From Candidatus Nomurabacteria bacterium (lineage in GTDB: Bacteria; Patescibacteriota; Minisyncoccia; Phycocordibacterales; UBA9973), in the NCBI GenBank assembly GCA_026396065.1, contig JAPLXO010000003.1, positions 1,304 to 65,303 of the forward strand: DNA of 64,000 nt. The letters are read 5' to 3'. Below the pieces are notes generated by a model that worked only from the letters and a program-made list of their open reading frames with translations, did no database searches and had not been told where the DNA came from. Below are positions 7,164-16,346 of this stretch, in pieces (within the stretch, counting starts at the first letter, position 1; every line of letters begins with the position of its first letter). A program made the translations under genes and the position numbers.

Positions 7164-8822
7164 ATGGAATCTGAAACAAGAAATTGTAAATATTGTAAAA
7201 CTCAATTTGAAATAACAGAGAGGGAAATGAGTATGTACGAGAAAATCAATCTAATGATTCCTGATATCTGCGTACCATGTCGCTGGAAACAACACATGGC
7301 TTTTTGGCCATTCGGAAAATTCCGAACTGGTGTGAGTGATTTGTCTGGAGAAAGATTGATTACTGTTTTGCCGGCCAATGCACGCTACCCAATTTATACT
7401 TCCAAAGAATGGTGGAGTGACGCTTGGGATGCGATGACCCACGGACAAGATTATGATTCAAGCCGTTCATTTTTTGATCAATTAAAAGAATTACAAGAAA
7501 AAGTTCCTCGTCCACATCAACAAGGTGCACAAAGTTTAAATTGCGATTGGTGTGATGATGCTTGGGAATCTAAAAATTGTTACTTGAGTCGTTCTACATT
7601 AAGAGCTGAAAATCTTTTCTATGGATATCGTTCTATAGATTGTAAAGACTCGATAGATGTTTCTCATGTTTTTACACTTGACCAGTGTTACGACTGCACT
7701 TATTGCTTCACTTCATATAATTTATTTTTTTCAAAAAATTGTCGAGACTGTCTTGATAGCGCTTTTTTATTTGATTGTCGAAATTCAAACCACTGTTTTA
7801 TGTGTTGGAATCTTCGAGGAAAATCATACTGCATAGAAAATGTTCAATATACAAAAGAAGCTTATGAAGAAAAAATGAAAGAAATAAATTTTGGTTCTAA
7901 TATTGAACTTCAAAAATACAAAGATAGATATGAAGAAATTTTAAGAAAAAATGTAGTGCATCGAGAAAATTTTAATATAAAAACTTATGATTCTCTGGGA
8001 ACATATATGACGAATTGCAAAAATTGTGTAAATGTATTTTCTTGGGAAGATTCTGAAAATTGTACCAATTGTTTGCGTGGTTTGAAGTCAAAAGATTCTA
8101 TTGATATGGTTGGTTGTTGGAATATGGAATTATCCGGTAATGATAGTTGTTGTACAAACGCTTATGATTTAAAATATTCTATTTGGTGTGATGGTGCTAG
8201 ATATTCTGAATATTGTGATCAATGCGTTGAAATAGAAAATTGTTTTGGTTGTGTCAGTCTTCGTAAGAAAAAATATTGTATTTTAAATAAACAATATAGT
8301 AAAGAAGAATACGAAGTTTTGAAAGAAAAAATTATTTCAGATATGAAAGAGCGAGGTGAATACGGACAATTTCCTCCGTATTCAATGGGTCTTTGCCCAT
8401 ATAATTTTTCTACTTCAGCAATTTATTCTCCAGACGTTACAAAAGAATACGTAGAGGCGTTGAGAGGATATTGGGAAGATAATAAAGATGAAAAAATAGA
8501 AGGATTAACTACAGAACAAATTCCAGATTCAATTACAGAAGTGGATGAATCATTTTCAAAGCAAGCACTCATTTGTCCTATTACTGGTTGGAGGTACAAC
8601 ATTGCCGAAGGGGAGCTCGCATTCTTGAAAAGAAAAAATATTTCAATCCCTCGTGTACATTTTGATGTGCGAACTAAAAATCGTTTATCTATTCTCAGTC
8701 AAACAAAAAGTGAAGCATATACTTGCACTTATTGTTCAAAAAATATTATTGCTTATTATCCAAAAGATTGGGGTTATGAATATATTGCTTGTGAGCACTG
8801 TTATTTAAAAGAGATTGCTTAG
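7164..8822 (+). CDS. cysteine-rich repeat protein of unknown function (552 aa)
   Basis: Dozens of Cys arranged in recurring NCxxC / CxxC...YC..N.QYSKEEYE units. No family recognised. Confidence 0.6.
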   Translation: MESETRNCKYCKTQFEITEREMSMYEKINLMIPDICVPCRWKQHMAFWPFGKFRTGVSDLSGERLITVLPANARYPIYTSKEWWSDAWDAMTHGQDYDSSRSFFDQLKELQEKVPRPHQQGAQSLNCDWCDDAWESKNCYLSRSTLRAENLFYGYRSIDCKDSIDVSHVFTLDQCYDCTYCFTSYNLFFSKNCRDCLDSAFLFDCRNSNHCFMCWNLRGKSYCIENVQYTKEAYEEKMKEINFGSNIELQKYKDRYEEILRKNVVHRENFNIKTYDSLGTYMTNCKNCVNVFSWEDSENCTNCLRGLKSKDSIDMVGCWNMELSGNDSCCTNAYDLKYSIWCDGARYSEYCDQCVEIENCFGCVSLRKKKYCILNKQYSKEEYEVLKEKIISDMKERGEYGQFPPYSMGLCPYNFSTSAIYSPDVTKEYVEALRGYWEDNKDEKIEGLTTEQIPDSITEVDESFSKQALICPITGWRYNIAEGELAFLKRKNISIPRVHFDVRTKNRLSILSQTKSEAYTCTYCSKNIIAYYPKDWGYEYIACEHCYLKEIA

Positions 8823-8834
8823 TTATGATATAAT

Positions 8835-9209
8835 GTGCAAATGATATCTTTTGAAGATTTTAAAAAAGTTGATATGGCAGTAGGGCAGATTTTGTCTGCT
8901 GAAAAAGTGCCCGAGACGGACAAGCTTTTAAAGTTGTCTGTAGATTTTGGTTCTGTTTTTACAGAAAATGCAGAAGGATTGAAAGAAGAAAAAAAAGATA
9001 TTCGTCAAATTGTTTCCGGCATCTCACTTTATTTTCCTGACCATTCTGTATTAGTCGGCAAGAAATGTATGTTTGTCACAAATCTCGAACCACGCATGAT
9101 AAAAGGCCTCGAAAGTCAGGGGATGATACTCGCCGTTTCTACAGAAGATGGAAAGTTTTCTCTACTTGAACCTAATAATGATATTCCTATTGGAACAAGA
9201 GCTAAATAA
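8835..9209 (+). CDS. tRNA-binding domain protein (CsaA/Trbp111/MetG C-terminal-domain-like)
   Basis: ISFEDFKKVDMAVGQILSAEKVPETDKLLKLSVDFG... typical EMAP/Myf fold signature. Confidence 0.7.
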   Translation: MQMISFEDFKKVDMAVGQILSAEKVPETDKLLKLSVDFGSVFTENAEGLKEEKKDIRQIVSGISLYFPDHSVLVGKKCMFVTNLEPRMIKGLESQGMILAVSTEDGKFSLLEPNNDIPIGTRAK

Positions 9210-9215
9210 ATAGAG

Positions 9216-9809
9216 ATGGAATTTCTTCAAATTACACCACTTATAACCACCTTCGGATTGATCGGAATTTTTACGATAGTATTCGCGGAGTCCGGCTTAT
9301 TTTTCGGTTTTCTTTTGCCGGGGGATTCATTACTAGTCACTGCTGGAATTTTTGCCTCGGCAGGACATTTCAATATAGTAGTATTATTACTTGGTACGTT
9401 TATTTTTGCAGTCCTCGGAGATAGTGTAGGCTATTGGACAGGAAAGAAATTTGGACAGAAAATATTTTCACGACCAAATTCATTTTTCTTTAATAAAAAG
9501 AATCTGGATAAAACAAAAGAGTTTTATGAAAAATACGGAAAGAAAACGGTCACATTGGCTCGTTTTGTACCGATGATACGTACGTTTGCACCGATTATGG
9601 CAGGTACAGCGAATATGCCGTATAAAGATTTTTTATTTTATAATATTTTAGGTGGATTTTTATGGACTGGCAGTATGATCATGATAGGTTACTTTTTAGG
9701 TAATAGTATTGAAAATATCGATGGGTATATTTTTCCAATTACAATATTCATAATAGGTCTTTCTGTTGTTCCGGTAGTTATTGGACTAATTCGAAAGAAA
9801 AAACAATAA
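9216..9809 (+). CDS. DedA family membrane protein
   Basis: GDSLLVTAGIFA...LARFVPMIRTFAPIMAGTANMPYKDF motif. Confidence 0.8.
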   Translation: MEFLQITPLITTFGLIGIFTIVFAESGLFFGFLLPGDSLLVTAGIFASAGHFNIVVLLLGTFIFAVLGDSVGYWTGKKFGQKIFSRPNSFFFNKKNLDKTKEFYEKYGKKTVTLARFVPMIRTFAPIMAGTANMPYKDFLFYNILGGFLWTGSMIMIGYFLGNSIENIDGYIFPITIFIIGLSVVPVVIGLIRKKKQ

Positions 9810-9861
9810 TTTGTTGATATTGCATTTTTAAAAAATATCATTTCGGGGTACAATATATATA

Positions 9862-10944
9862 ATGCTTCGCGCTAAATATAATAAATTTTTCCCAATACCA
9901 CATTTTTTATCTCAACCATCTTTTGGTTTAGATATTTCTGATCAATCTATTAAGTTTGTAGAATTTTTAGAAACTCATAAAGGTCTTCGTATTGGTCGCT
10001 TTGGTGAGCGTCCTATTCCAGTAGGTGTGATTGAGTCAGGAAAAATTATAGAATCAAAGCATTTAAAAGAAATTTTATTATTACTTAAAAAAGAATATGG
10101 AATAAAATCTGTGCGCGTGTCTTTACCAGAAGAACAAGTTTATCTTTTTAAATTAAAAATTATTAAAGAATCCACTGTTGATATTCGTCAAACAATCGAA
10201 TTCTCTTTAGAGGAGCACGTTCCTATACCTCCTACTGATTTAGTATTTGATTACGAAATTTTTAAAGAAGATGAAAAAAACATTGAAGTAGAGGTTACTA
10301 CTGCACCAAAACAAATTATTGAAAGCTACCTTTCTATTTTTAGAGATTGCGGACTAAATGTTTCTTCTTTTGAGCTTGAAGCGCAAGCTCTAGCCAGAGC
10401 AGTCATTTTAGATAAAGATTTAGATACTTACATGATAGTTGATTTAGGAAAACAGCGTACTGGTATATCTGTCGTTAGTAATAATATTGTTATTTTTACT
10501 TCCACTGTTGATGCGGGTGGGGTAATGCTTACAAATCTTATTGAAAAAAATTTTAAGATTAGTTTTTTAGATGCAGAAAATATGAAAGTAAAATATGGCC
10601 TTAGTCGAAGTTCAGGGAACCAAGAAGTTTTCTCTGTTCTTTTGAACGGTGTATCTATTATTCGTGATGAAATTAGTAAACATTTTTTATATTGGCATAC
10701 TCATAAAGATGAAGATGGAGAAGTAAGGCCAAAAATAAAAAAAATAATTCTGTGCGGTGGTGATTCAAATTTGATTGGTTTTGCGGAGTATCTCTCTATT
10801 AGTATGAAACAAAATGTAGAGATTGCTAATGTCTGGCGAAATGTTATTTCGCCAGATGAGTATATTCCAGAGATGTCTTTTCAGGATTCCTTGAGTTATG
10901 CTACAGCAATAGGATTAGCATTAAGAGATTTATATTATGATTAA
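9862..10944 (+). CDS. pilM: type IV pilus assembly ATPase-like protein PilM
   Basis: N-terminal FGLDISDQSIKFVEF (actin-like fold), ~360 aa, followed by pilN/pilO-like genes. Confidence 0.75.
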   Translation: MLRAKYNKFFPIPHFLSQPSFGLDISDQSIKFVEFLETHKGLRIGRFGERPIPVGVIESGKIIESKHLKEILLLLKKEYGIKSVRVSLPEEQVYLFKLKIIKESTVDIRQTIEFSLEEHVPIPPTDLVFDYEIFKEDEKNIEVEVTTAPKQIIESYLSIFRDCGLNVSSFELEAQALARAVILDKDLDTYMIVDLGKQRTGISVVSNNIVIFTSTVDAGGVMLTNLIEKNFKISFLDAENMKVKYGLSRSSGNQEVFSVLLNGVSIIRDEISKHFLYWHTHKDEDGEVRPKIKKIILCGGDSNLIGFAEYLSISMKQNVEIANVWRNVISPDEYIPEMSFQDSLSYATAIGLALRDLYYD

Positions 10945-11479
10945 TTTATTACCATTAGAAGAAAAAGATAAAATTTCTACAGAGTATATTTTTCGCATTG
11001 TCTCTTTTTATTTTTATGTATTTGGAACGTGTTTTTTTGTTGCTAGTATTACTTTACTTCCAGCTTACTTTTTTTCGTCTGTTAGAGAGAATTTAGCAAT
11101 TGAAAAATTACAAAATTTAAAAGATTTGCCAGTTACAGAATTAGATCATGAGACAAATAATGCTATACAAGATGTTAATTCAAAAGTCTCCATAATTGAA
11201 AATGCTGAAAAAAATAAATTTCTAGTTTTAGAAAATATGATAAATGAAATCATTTTTAAAAAAATGACAGATATAAAAATAATGCAATTTGATTACAAAA
11301 AAGATAAAGATGGTTTAAAAACATTAAATTTACATGGTTTGGCCCCAAATCGCGAACGTTTGCTTTTGTTTAGACAAACACTTGAATCAGATAAAATGTT
11401 TTCACATATAGATCTTCCAATTTCAAACTTTGTTAAAGGTGCGAATATAGATTTTAGTTTAAATTTAACATTTTTGTAA
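10937..11479 (+). CDS. pilN: PilN-like pilus assembly protein
   Basis: Starts MINLLP, then a single TM helix. Overlaps the pilM stop by 8 nt. Confidence 0.55.
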   Translation: MINLLPLEEKDKISTEYIFRIVSFYFYVFGTCFFVASITLLPAYFFSSVRENLAIEKLQNLKDLPVTELDHETNNAIQDVNSKVSIIENAEKNKFLVLENMINEIIFKKMTDIKIMQFDYKKDKDGLKTLNLHGLAPNRERLLLFRQTLESDKMFSHIDLPISNFVKGANIDFSLNLTFL

Positions 11480-11480
11480 T

Positions 11481-12026
11481 ATGAAAAAATTAAACAAATT
11501 TTTAATAAAAATATTTATAGCACTTTTGTTTATTATACTTTCAATAGTTGGTTTTTTTTATATTTTTAATAGCATTAAATCCAAGAATGATAATACTACT
11601 AATTTATTAACACAGGCACAAGATGAATCTGATCGTCGTAATAATATTGAAAAATTAAACGTTCAAATAAAAGCAATAGCCCCACAAAGAAAAATGCTTG
11701 AAACGCATTTTGCTAAGAGTTCAGATGTTGTTACTTTTTTAGATAATTTACAAAATTTAGGCAAGCTTGCTAAGGCCCCAGTTGAAATTTTTTCCGTAGA
11801 TTTAGATAAAGATAACTCTCTTTTGAAAGTACAAATGAGTGCAAAAGGAAGCTTTATAGCCATTCACAACCTTTTTTATCTTTTACAAAATTCTCAATAT
11901 GAACTTGATTTTTCAGCTGTAAATCTACAAACAACTACAGGGTCATCTGATTCAACAAAAAATGTCAGTAATATTCAACAATGGCAAGCCAATTTTTCTT
12001 TAACATTACTTAGTTTTAATTTTTAA
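11481..12026 (+). CDS. PilO-like pilus assembly protein
   Basis: N-terminal TM helix followed by a coiled coil. Position after pilM and pilN. Confidence 0.4.
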   Translation: MKKLNKFLIKIFIALLFIILSIVGFFYIFNSIKSKNDNTTNLLTQAQDESDRRNNIEKLNVQIKAIAPQRKMLETHFAKSSDVVTFLDNLQNLGKLAKAPVEIFSVDLDKDNSLLKVQMSAKGSFIAIHNLFYLLQNSQYELDFSAVNLQTTTGSSDSTKNVSNIQQWQANFSLTLLSFNF

Positions 12027-12030
12027 AAAT

Positions 12031-12348
12031 ATGGATTTAAAATTTTTTACAATAAAAAAGAAAATTAATTTGATTAAAAAGAAAAAAATATTTAATCCAC
12101 TAATACATTGGAATATTTCTCTTTACGTATTTTTCATTTCTATTGCAATTTCTTCTGTTTTTGGTTTTTATCTTTTTTTACAAGTGAATAAAGCATTAGA
12201 TTTGGTTTCTGTAAATAAAGAAAATCCCACAATTCATAAAGTTAACGTAAAAGGTATTCAAAAAGTATTAGATCTTTTTTCTAATAATGAAAAAAGATCA
12301 ACAGATATTTTAGCTAATCCATCTAACATAACTGACCCATCTATATAG
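12031..12348 (+). CDS. small membrane protein, hypothetical
   Basis: 105 aa with one TM helix. Last gene of the pil cluster. Confidence 0.4.
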   Translation: MDLKFFTIKKKINLIKKKKIFNPLIHWNISLYVFFISIAISSVFGFYLFLQVNKALDLVSVNKENPTIHKVNVKGIQKVLDLFSNNEKRSTDILANPSNITDPSI

Positions 12349-12397
12349 ATTAAAGAAAGAATTAGCCATTATTTTAATGGCCACGAGTATTTTTTTG

Positions 12398-12469
12398 TGC
12401 CTTTGGTAGGAATCGAACCTACATCAAAGCCTTAGAAGAGCTCTGTTCTATCCATTGAACTACAAAGGC
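12398..12469 (-). tRNA. tRNA-Arg(TCT)
   Basis: GCCTTTGTAGTTCAATGGATAGAACAGAGCTCTTCTAAGGCTTTGATGTAGGTTCGATTCCTACCAAAGGCA. Anticodon loop cTTCTAa. Cloverleaf folds. Confidence 0.75.
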
Positions 12470-12473
12470 AGTG

Positions 12474-12546
12474 TGCGAGGTACAGGACTCGAACCTGTGA
12501 CCTTCCCGGTGTAAACGGGTTGCTCTACCAACTGAGCTAACCTCGC
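12474..12546 (-). tRNA. tRNA-Val(TAC)
   Basis: GCGAGGTTAGCTCAGTTGGTAGAGCAACCCGTTTACACCGGGAAGGTCACAGGTTCGAGTCCTGTACCTCGCA. Anticodon loop tTTACAc. Confidence 0.8.
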
Positions 12547-12734
12547 AATGTGTATTAAGTTTTAATATAACCTTTATTTTGCTAATTGGTTCCATACCTA
12601 CCAAAACAGCTAACCTCGCAAAATTCAAAAAAACAATTTTTTTTGAAGGTTTCTAAAGTATACGCTAAAATGTGAATTTTTCAAGTCCTGATATAAGTTT
12701 TTACTTTTTAATGTTTTTGTGGTAGAGTATTTTT

Positions 12735-14285
12735 ATGGAACCAAACTTAAGTGCGATAAAAACAAAAGTTTTTTCTTCAAAGGAAGAGCGTGCCGCTGAT
12801 CAGTTTAAACAGAAATACATAGCTACAGGAAAGTTTAATTTGGAATCATTTGACGATGAAGTAGCTTTGAATAAGATCTTAAAAGATGCTAAAACCCGAA
12901 TTGGTTATACTGGCGATTCTTTTGATGTCGTAATTTCTGAATTAAAAAAAATATATAATGAAGACCTTTTAAAACTTGCAGAAGAGAAAAAAAATAAATC
13001 ATTGTTAGACGAAGAAAATTTAAAACAACAAGAAAAAGCGCTTGAAGAGGAAACAGCAAGAATTCGTGCTGAAGATAAAAGAAAAATAGAAGAAGAAAAA
13101 GCAGAACTAAGAGCACAACTTGCTGAAATTTATAAAGTTAACACGGCTCGTGATTTAGAAATTAAACAAAAAAATTCCACACCAGTTGTGCCAGTTGATC
13201 CAGTTAAGCCACTTTTGGCGTGGCAGATTCTTTTACAGAAAAAAATAAAAAAACCTAAAGTGGAAAAAGCACCAGAACCTGAACCAGTTAGAGAGCACTT
13301 TAAAACTTCAATTCCTCTTTATCACGAAGTTCTTGATGAAAATATTACTAATATTGCAAAATTCAATGTTGATCATGAAGAAAAAGAAGACCAAATAAAA
13401 TTTATTTTAAAAAATAAAGAAGCTATTAAGGTGCTTTTTGAAAAGTCAGAAAAAATATTAAAAGCTGATATAAATCCAGAGGAGTATATAAAAGGTGGTA
13501 TTTTTTCTGAAAATGAGGTGAGAATTCACAATGCAGATGTAAAAGAAATGGAGGAGTTGTACAGTAAAAAGAATTCTCAAGAAGAAAAGGAGATGAAAAA
13601 AATTGCAACAATTTTTGAAGCAATGATAATTAATGTTGTAAATCTTTCCAAGTGTTTAGGAGAAAATGTTATAGCTAGATCAGCTTTTCCTGTAGATGAT
13701 ATATTCGCGCCAAAGATAGATGCCTATGTAGCATTACAAAAACTCTTTTTAGGATTTGACATGACTATGAGTAATATAGAGGGAGCTCACTTTATTGAAA
13801 AGATTGAAAAAAATTTACGCGCGATAAAAAATGGAAATCCAAATAGAATGAAGTATGCTAAAGATGCTGATGGTAATTTAAGTACAAATGAATTTATTCC
13901 AAAAGTAATTATTTCTGGAGAAATTTCCTTAGTAAAAGAGGTAATGTATGATTTTAATACTTTAAGCGAGGATGAATTTAGTGAAAAAATAAAAGATCAT
14001 AAAATGTCTCGTGAGATTGTCTTGCAAGTAATAGCACAATGTAGAATTTTTGGGAATTTTGCACGAGAGAATGATCAAAATGAAACAGCTCAACATTATG
14101 AAAATTTTGTAGATGCTATTTATAAAATTGCTGAAAAATCTCCAGTTTTGAAAAAAATTATTGGCAATGCTGGTTTTGATCATGTTTCTGAAAGAATACA
14201 GCAGATAGTTGATGAATTTAAACTTAAGGAAATAAAAAAACAACAAGCACTTGAAGAATTTCGTGCTTCACAAAAAGTAGCATAA
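12735..14285 (+). CDS. hypothetical protein with Lys/Glu-rich coiled-coil N-terminus (516 aa)
   Basis: Long ORF with no recognisable catalytic motif. Confidence 0.6.
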   Translation: MEPNLSAIKTKVFSSKEERAADQFKQKYIATGKFNLESFDDEVALNKILKDAKTRIGYTGDSFDVVISELKKIYNEDLLKLAEEKKNKSLLDEENLKQQEKALEEETARIRAEDKRKIEEEKAELRAQLAEIYKVNTARDLEIKQKNSTPVVPVDPVKPLLAWQILLQKKIKKPKVEKAPEPEPVREHFKTSIPLYHEVLDENITNIAKFNVDHEEKEDQIKFILKNKEAIKVLFEKSEKILKADINPEEYIKGGIFSENEVRIHNADVKEMEELYSKKNSQEEKEMKKIATIFEAMIINVVNLSKCLGENVIARSAFPVDDIFAPKIDAYVALQKLFLGFDMTMSNIEGAHFIEKIEKNLRAIKNGNPNRMKYAKDADGNLSTNEFIPKVIISGEISLVKEVMYDFNTLSEDEFSEKIKDHKMSREIVLQVIAQCRIFGNFARENDQNETAQHYENFVDAIYKIAEKSPVLKKIIGNAGFDHVSERIQQIVDEFKLKEIKKQQALEEFRASQKVA

Positions 14286-15016
14286 TGAAAATTTTATATA
14301 AAGACAAAGACATTTTAGTCATAAATAAACCAGCGGGGATTTCAGTGCACGGTGACGGTAGAAACGAAGTGGAAACTTTGGCAGATTTAATATTGGCAGA
14401 ATATCCAGAGATGAAAGACGTCGGTGAACCGATGGAAATAGATATCGGTGGTGGTGAAAAGAAAATAATTTATCGCCCTGGAATAGTACACAGACTCGAC
14501 AAAGATACGAGTGGAGTTTTAATCTTGGCTCGTAATCAAAAAGCATATGAATATTTAAAAGAGCAATTTCAAAATAGGGAAGTGAAGAAAACTTACAATA
14601 CTCTCGTATATGGGAATATGAAAAATGATTTTGGAATCATTGATGCTGGTATCGGTCGCAGCCCCAGTGATCCTAGAAAGAGGATTGCTTCACGAGGCAA
14701 GACTGGCAAGATTCGTGATGCAGTGACTGAATATAAAGTTCTAAAAAGAATCACCGTAGATTTGGTACAATATTCTTGGCTCGAAGTTCATCCAAAGACA
14801 GGACGGACACATCAAATTCGTGTGCATATGAAATTCCTAAATCATCCTGTCGTAGCGGACCAATTATATGCTCCCAAAAATGCTACTACACCTTTCGGTA
14901 TTTCCCGCCTCGCACTCCACGCTTCGTCTGTAGAGTTCAAAAATCTAGCAGGAGAGAGTATTACCGTTTCGGCTCCATTACCTCCAGATTTAGCTAAAAT
15001 ACTAGAAGTTAAATAA
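14285..15016 (+). CDS. RluA-family pseudouridine synthase
   Basis: HRLDKDTSGVLILARN catalytic Asp motif; THQIRVHM. Confidence 0.85.
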   Translation: MKILYKDKDILVINKPAGISVHGDGRNEVETLADLILAEYPEMKDVGEPMEIDIGGGEKKIIYRPGIVHRLDKDTSGVLILARNQKAYEYLKEQFQNREVKKTYNTLVYGNMKNDFGIIDAGIGRSPSDPRKRIASRGKTGKIRDAVTEYKVLKRITVDLVQYSWLEVHPKTGRTHQIRVHMKFLNHPVVADQLYAPKNATTPFGISRLALHASSVEFKNLAGESITVSAPLPPDLAKILEVK

Positions 15017-15057
15017 AAATTGCAAAATCTAATGCTTTGTGTTAGATTATATGAACT

Positions 15058-15483
15058 ATGGCAGTAATAAAAATAAAACTTAGTCCAGTGGACATGGAAG
15101 CACGAAAGAAGCTTGATTTTAAAGCTGGGGATACTGTTCGTGTGTGGTCAAAGATTCCAGATGAAAAAGCTACAAAAAAAGGTGATGCACAAAAATTCCG
15201 CTCTCAGGCTTTTGAAGGAATTGTATTAGCTCGTAAACATGGCACAGAAATAGGAGGTACTTTTACAGTTCGTAAGGTGGCTTCAGGTGTAGGAGTAGAA
15301 AGAATTTTCCCAATATTTTCTCCAATGATTGATAAAGTAGAAATCATAAAGAAAGCAAAAGCAGGACGCAGTAAACTCTACTATGTACGTACAAAAGCTG
15401 TGAAAGATGTTCGCAAGAAACTTCGTTCAGTCGCTATGGTTGCCCCCGAGGAAATGGAACCAGAAGTAGAAGAAGTTAAATAA
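15058..15483 (+). CDS. rplS: 50S ribosomal protein L19
   Basis: GDTVRVWSKIPDEK...FEGIVLARKHGTEIGGTFTVRKVASGVGVERIFPIFSP, classic bL19. Confidence 0.9.
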   Translation: MAVIKIKLSPVDMEARKKLDFKAGDTVRVWSKIPDEKATKKGDAQKFRSQAFEGIVLARKHGTEIGGTFTVRKVASGVGVERIFPIFSPMIDKVEIIKKAKAGRSKLYYVRTKAVKDVRKKLRSVAMVAPEEMEPEVEEVK

Positions 15484-15496
15484 TTTTAATTTAAAA

Positions 15497-15527
15497 AAGA
15501 AGCCCCAGTAATGGGGTTTTCTTTTTA
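15497..15527 (+). terminator. rho-independent terminator after rplS
   Basis: AAGAAGCCCCAGTAATGGGGTTTTCTTTTT. Confidence 0.6.
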
Positions 15528-15555
15528 TCTAAATATGCTATTATCGGCTATGTAA

Positions 15556-15637
15556 GCGCGAGTGGCGGAACTGGTATACGCGTACGATTGAGGTTCGTAT
15601 GGAGCAATCCTTGGAGGTTCAAGTCCTCTCTCGCGCA
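15556..15637 (+). tRNA. tRNA-Leu(GAG)
   Basis: GCGCGAG...TACGATTGAGGTTCGTA (anticodon loop tTGAGgt). Long variable arm. T-arm GGAGGTTCAAGTCCTCT. Acceptor CTCGCGC-A. Confidence 0.75.
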
Positions 15638-15644
15638 CAATGAT

Positions 15645-16190
15645 ATGATTTTTTCCTATATATTAATTTTTTTACTTTTACTTTTTATTATTTTTTTACT
15701 TACTTCTTTTTTGACACCACTTTTTTCAAAAGTGCCTTTTGTACCAGTGAGGGGAAAAATTGTAAATGAAATAATTTCAATTTTAGATTTAAAAGAAGAT
15801 AGCGTTCTTTATGATCTTGGTTGTGGAGATGGGCGTGTGCTTTTTGCTGGTACAAAATATATTAAAAGTGTAAAAGCAGTCGGAATAGAACATGCGCCTT
15901 TTCCATATATTTGCGCAAAACTTAGAAAGTTTTTTTCAAAATCTAAAAATGTTTCTATTATTTATGGTGATTTTTTTAAGCTAAATATCACTCCAGCAAG
16001 TCACATTTTTTTGTATCTTTTTCCCAGTATTTTAGATGATCTTTTGCCAAAATTTGAAAAAGAGTTAAAACACGGTACAAAAGTTTTTTCTTGTGATTTT
16101 GAATTTTCAAAAAGAAAACCAAATAAGGTTATAGATATTAAATCAAAAAATTGGCAAACTAATCGTAAAATATACGTTTATTATTTTTAA
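15645..16190 (+). CDS. class I SAM-dependent methyltransferase with N-terminal TM helix
   Basis: VLYDLGCGDGRVLFAG (motif I), IIYGDFFKL. The ORF track starts at 15588 inside tRNA-Leu; ATG at 15645 is preferred. Confidence 0.7.
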   Translation: MIFSYILIFLLLLFIIFLLTSFLTPLFSKVPFVPVRGKIVNEIISILDLKEDSVLYDLGCGDGRVLFAGTKYIKSVKAVGIEHAPFPYICAKLRKFFSKSKNVSIIYGDFFKLNITPASHIFLYLFPSILDDLLPKFEKELKHGTKVFSCDFEFSKRKPNKVIDIKSKNWQTNRKIYVYYF

Positions 16191-16258
16191 CGTCTTTTAC
16201 TTTAAAATAAAAATCTGTTATAACTATATAGCTAGACCTAAATAAGGAATAGTAATAT

Positions 16259-16333
16259 GGTGCCTATAGTGTAATGGTTAGCACTAGAGCTTGTGGAGCT
16301 CTCAGTCAGGGTTCGAATCCCTGTAGGCACCCA
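16259..16333 (+). tRNA. tRNA-His(GTG)
   Basis: Extra 5' G(-1). Anticodon loop tTGTGga. Encoded CCA. Confidence 0.85.
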
Positions 16334-16346
16334 ATAATATAATTAA

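Noticed and set aside
12419-12628. ORF 12419..12628 (-), 69 aa.
   Set aside because: It is antisense to or overlapping tRNA-Arg and tRNA-Val. GSVGRATRL is a typical tRNA-derived pseudo-peptide.
15588-15644. Upstream extension of the methyltransferase ORF.
   Set aside because: This stretch is tRNA-Leu(GAG). The CDS start was moved to ATG 15645.
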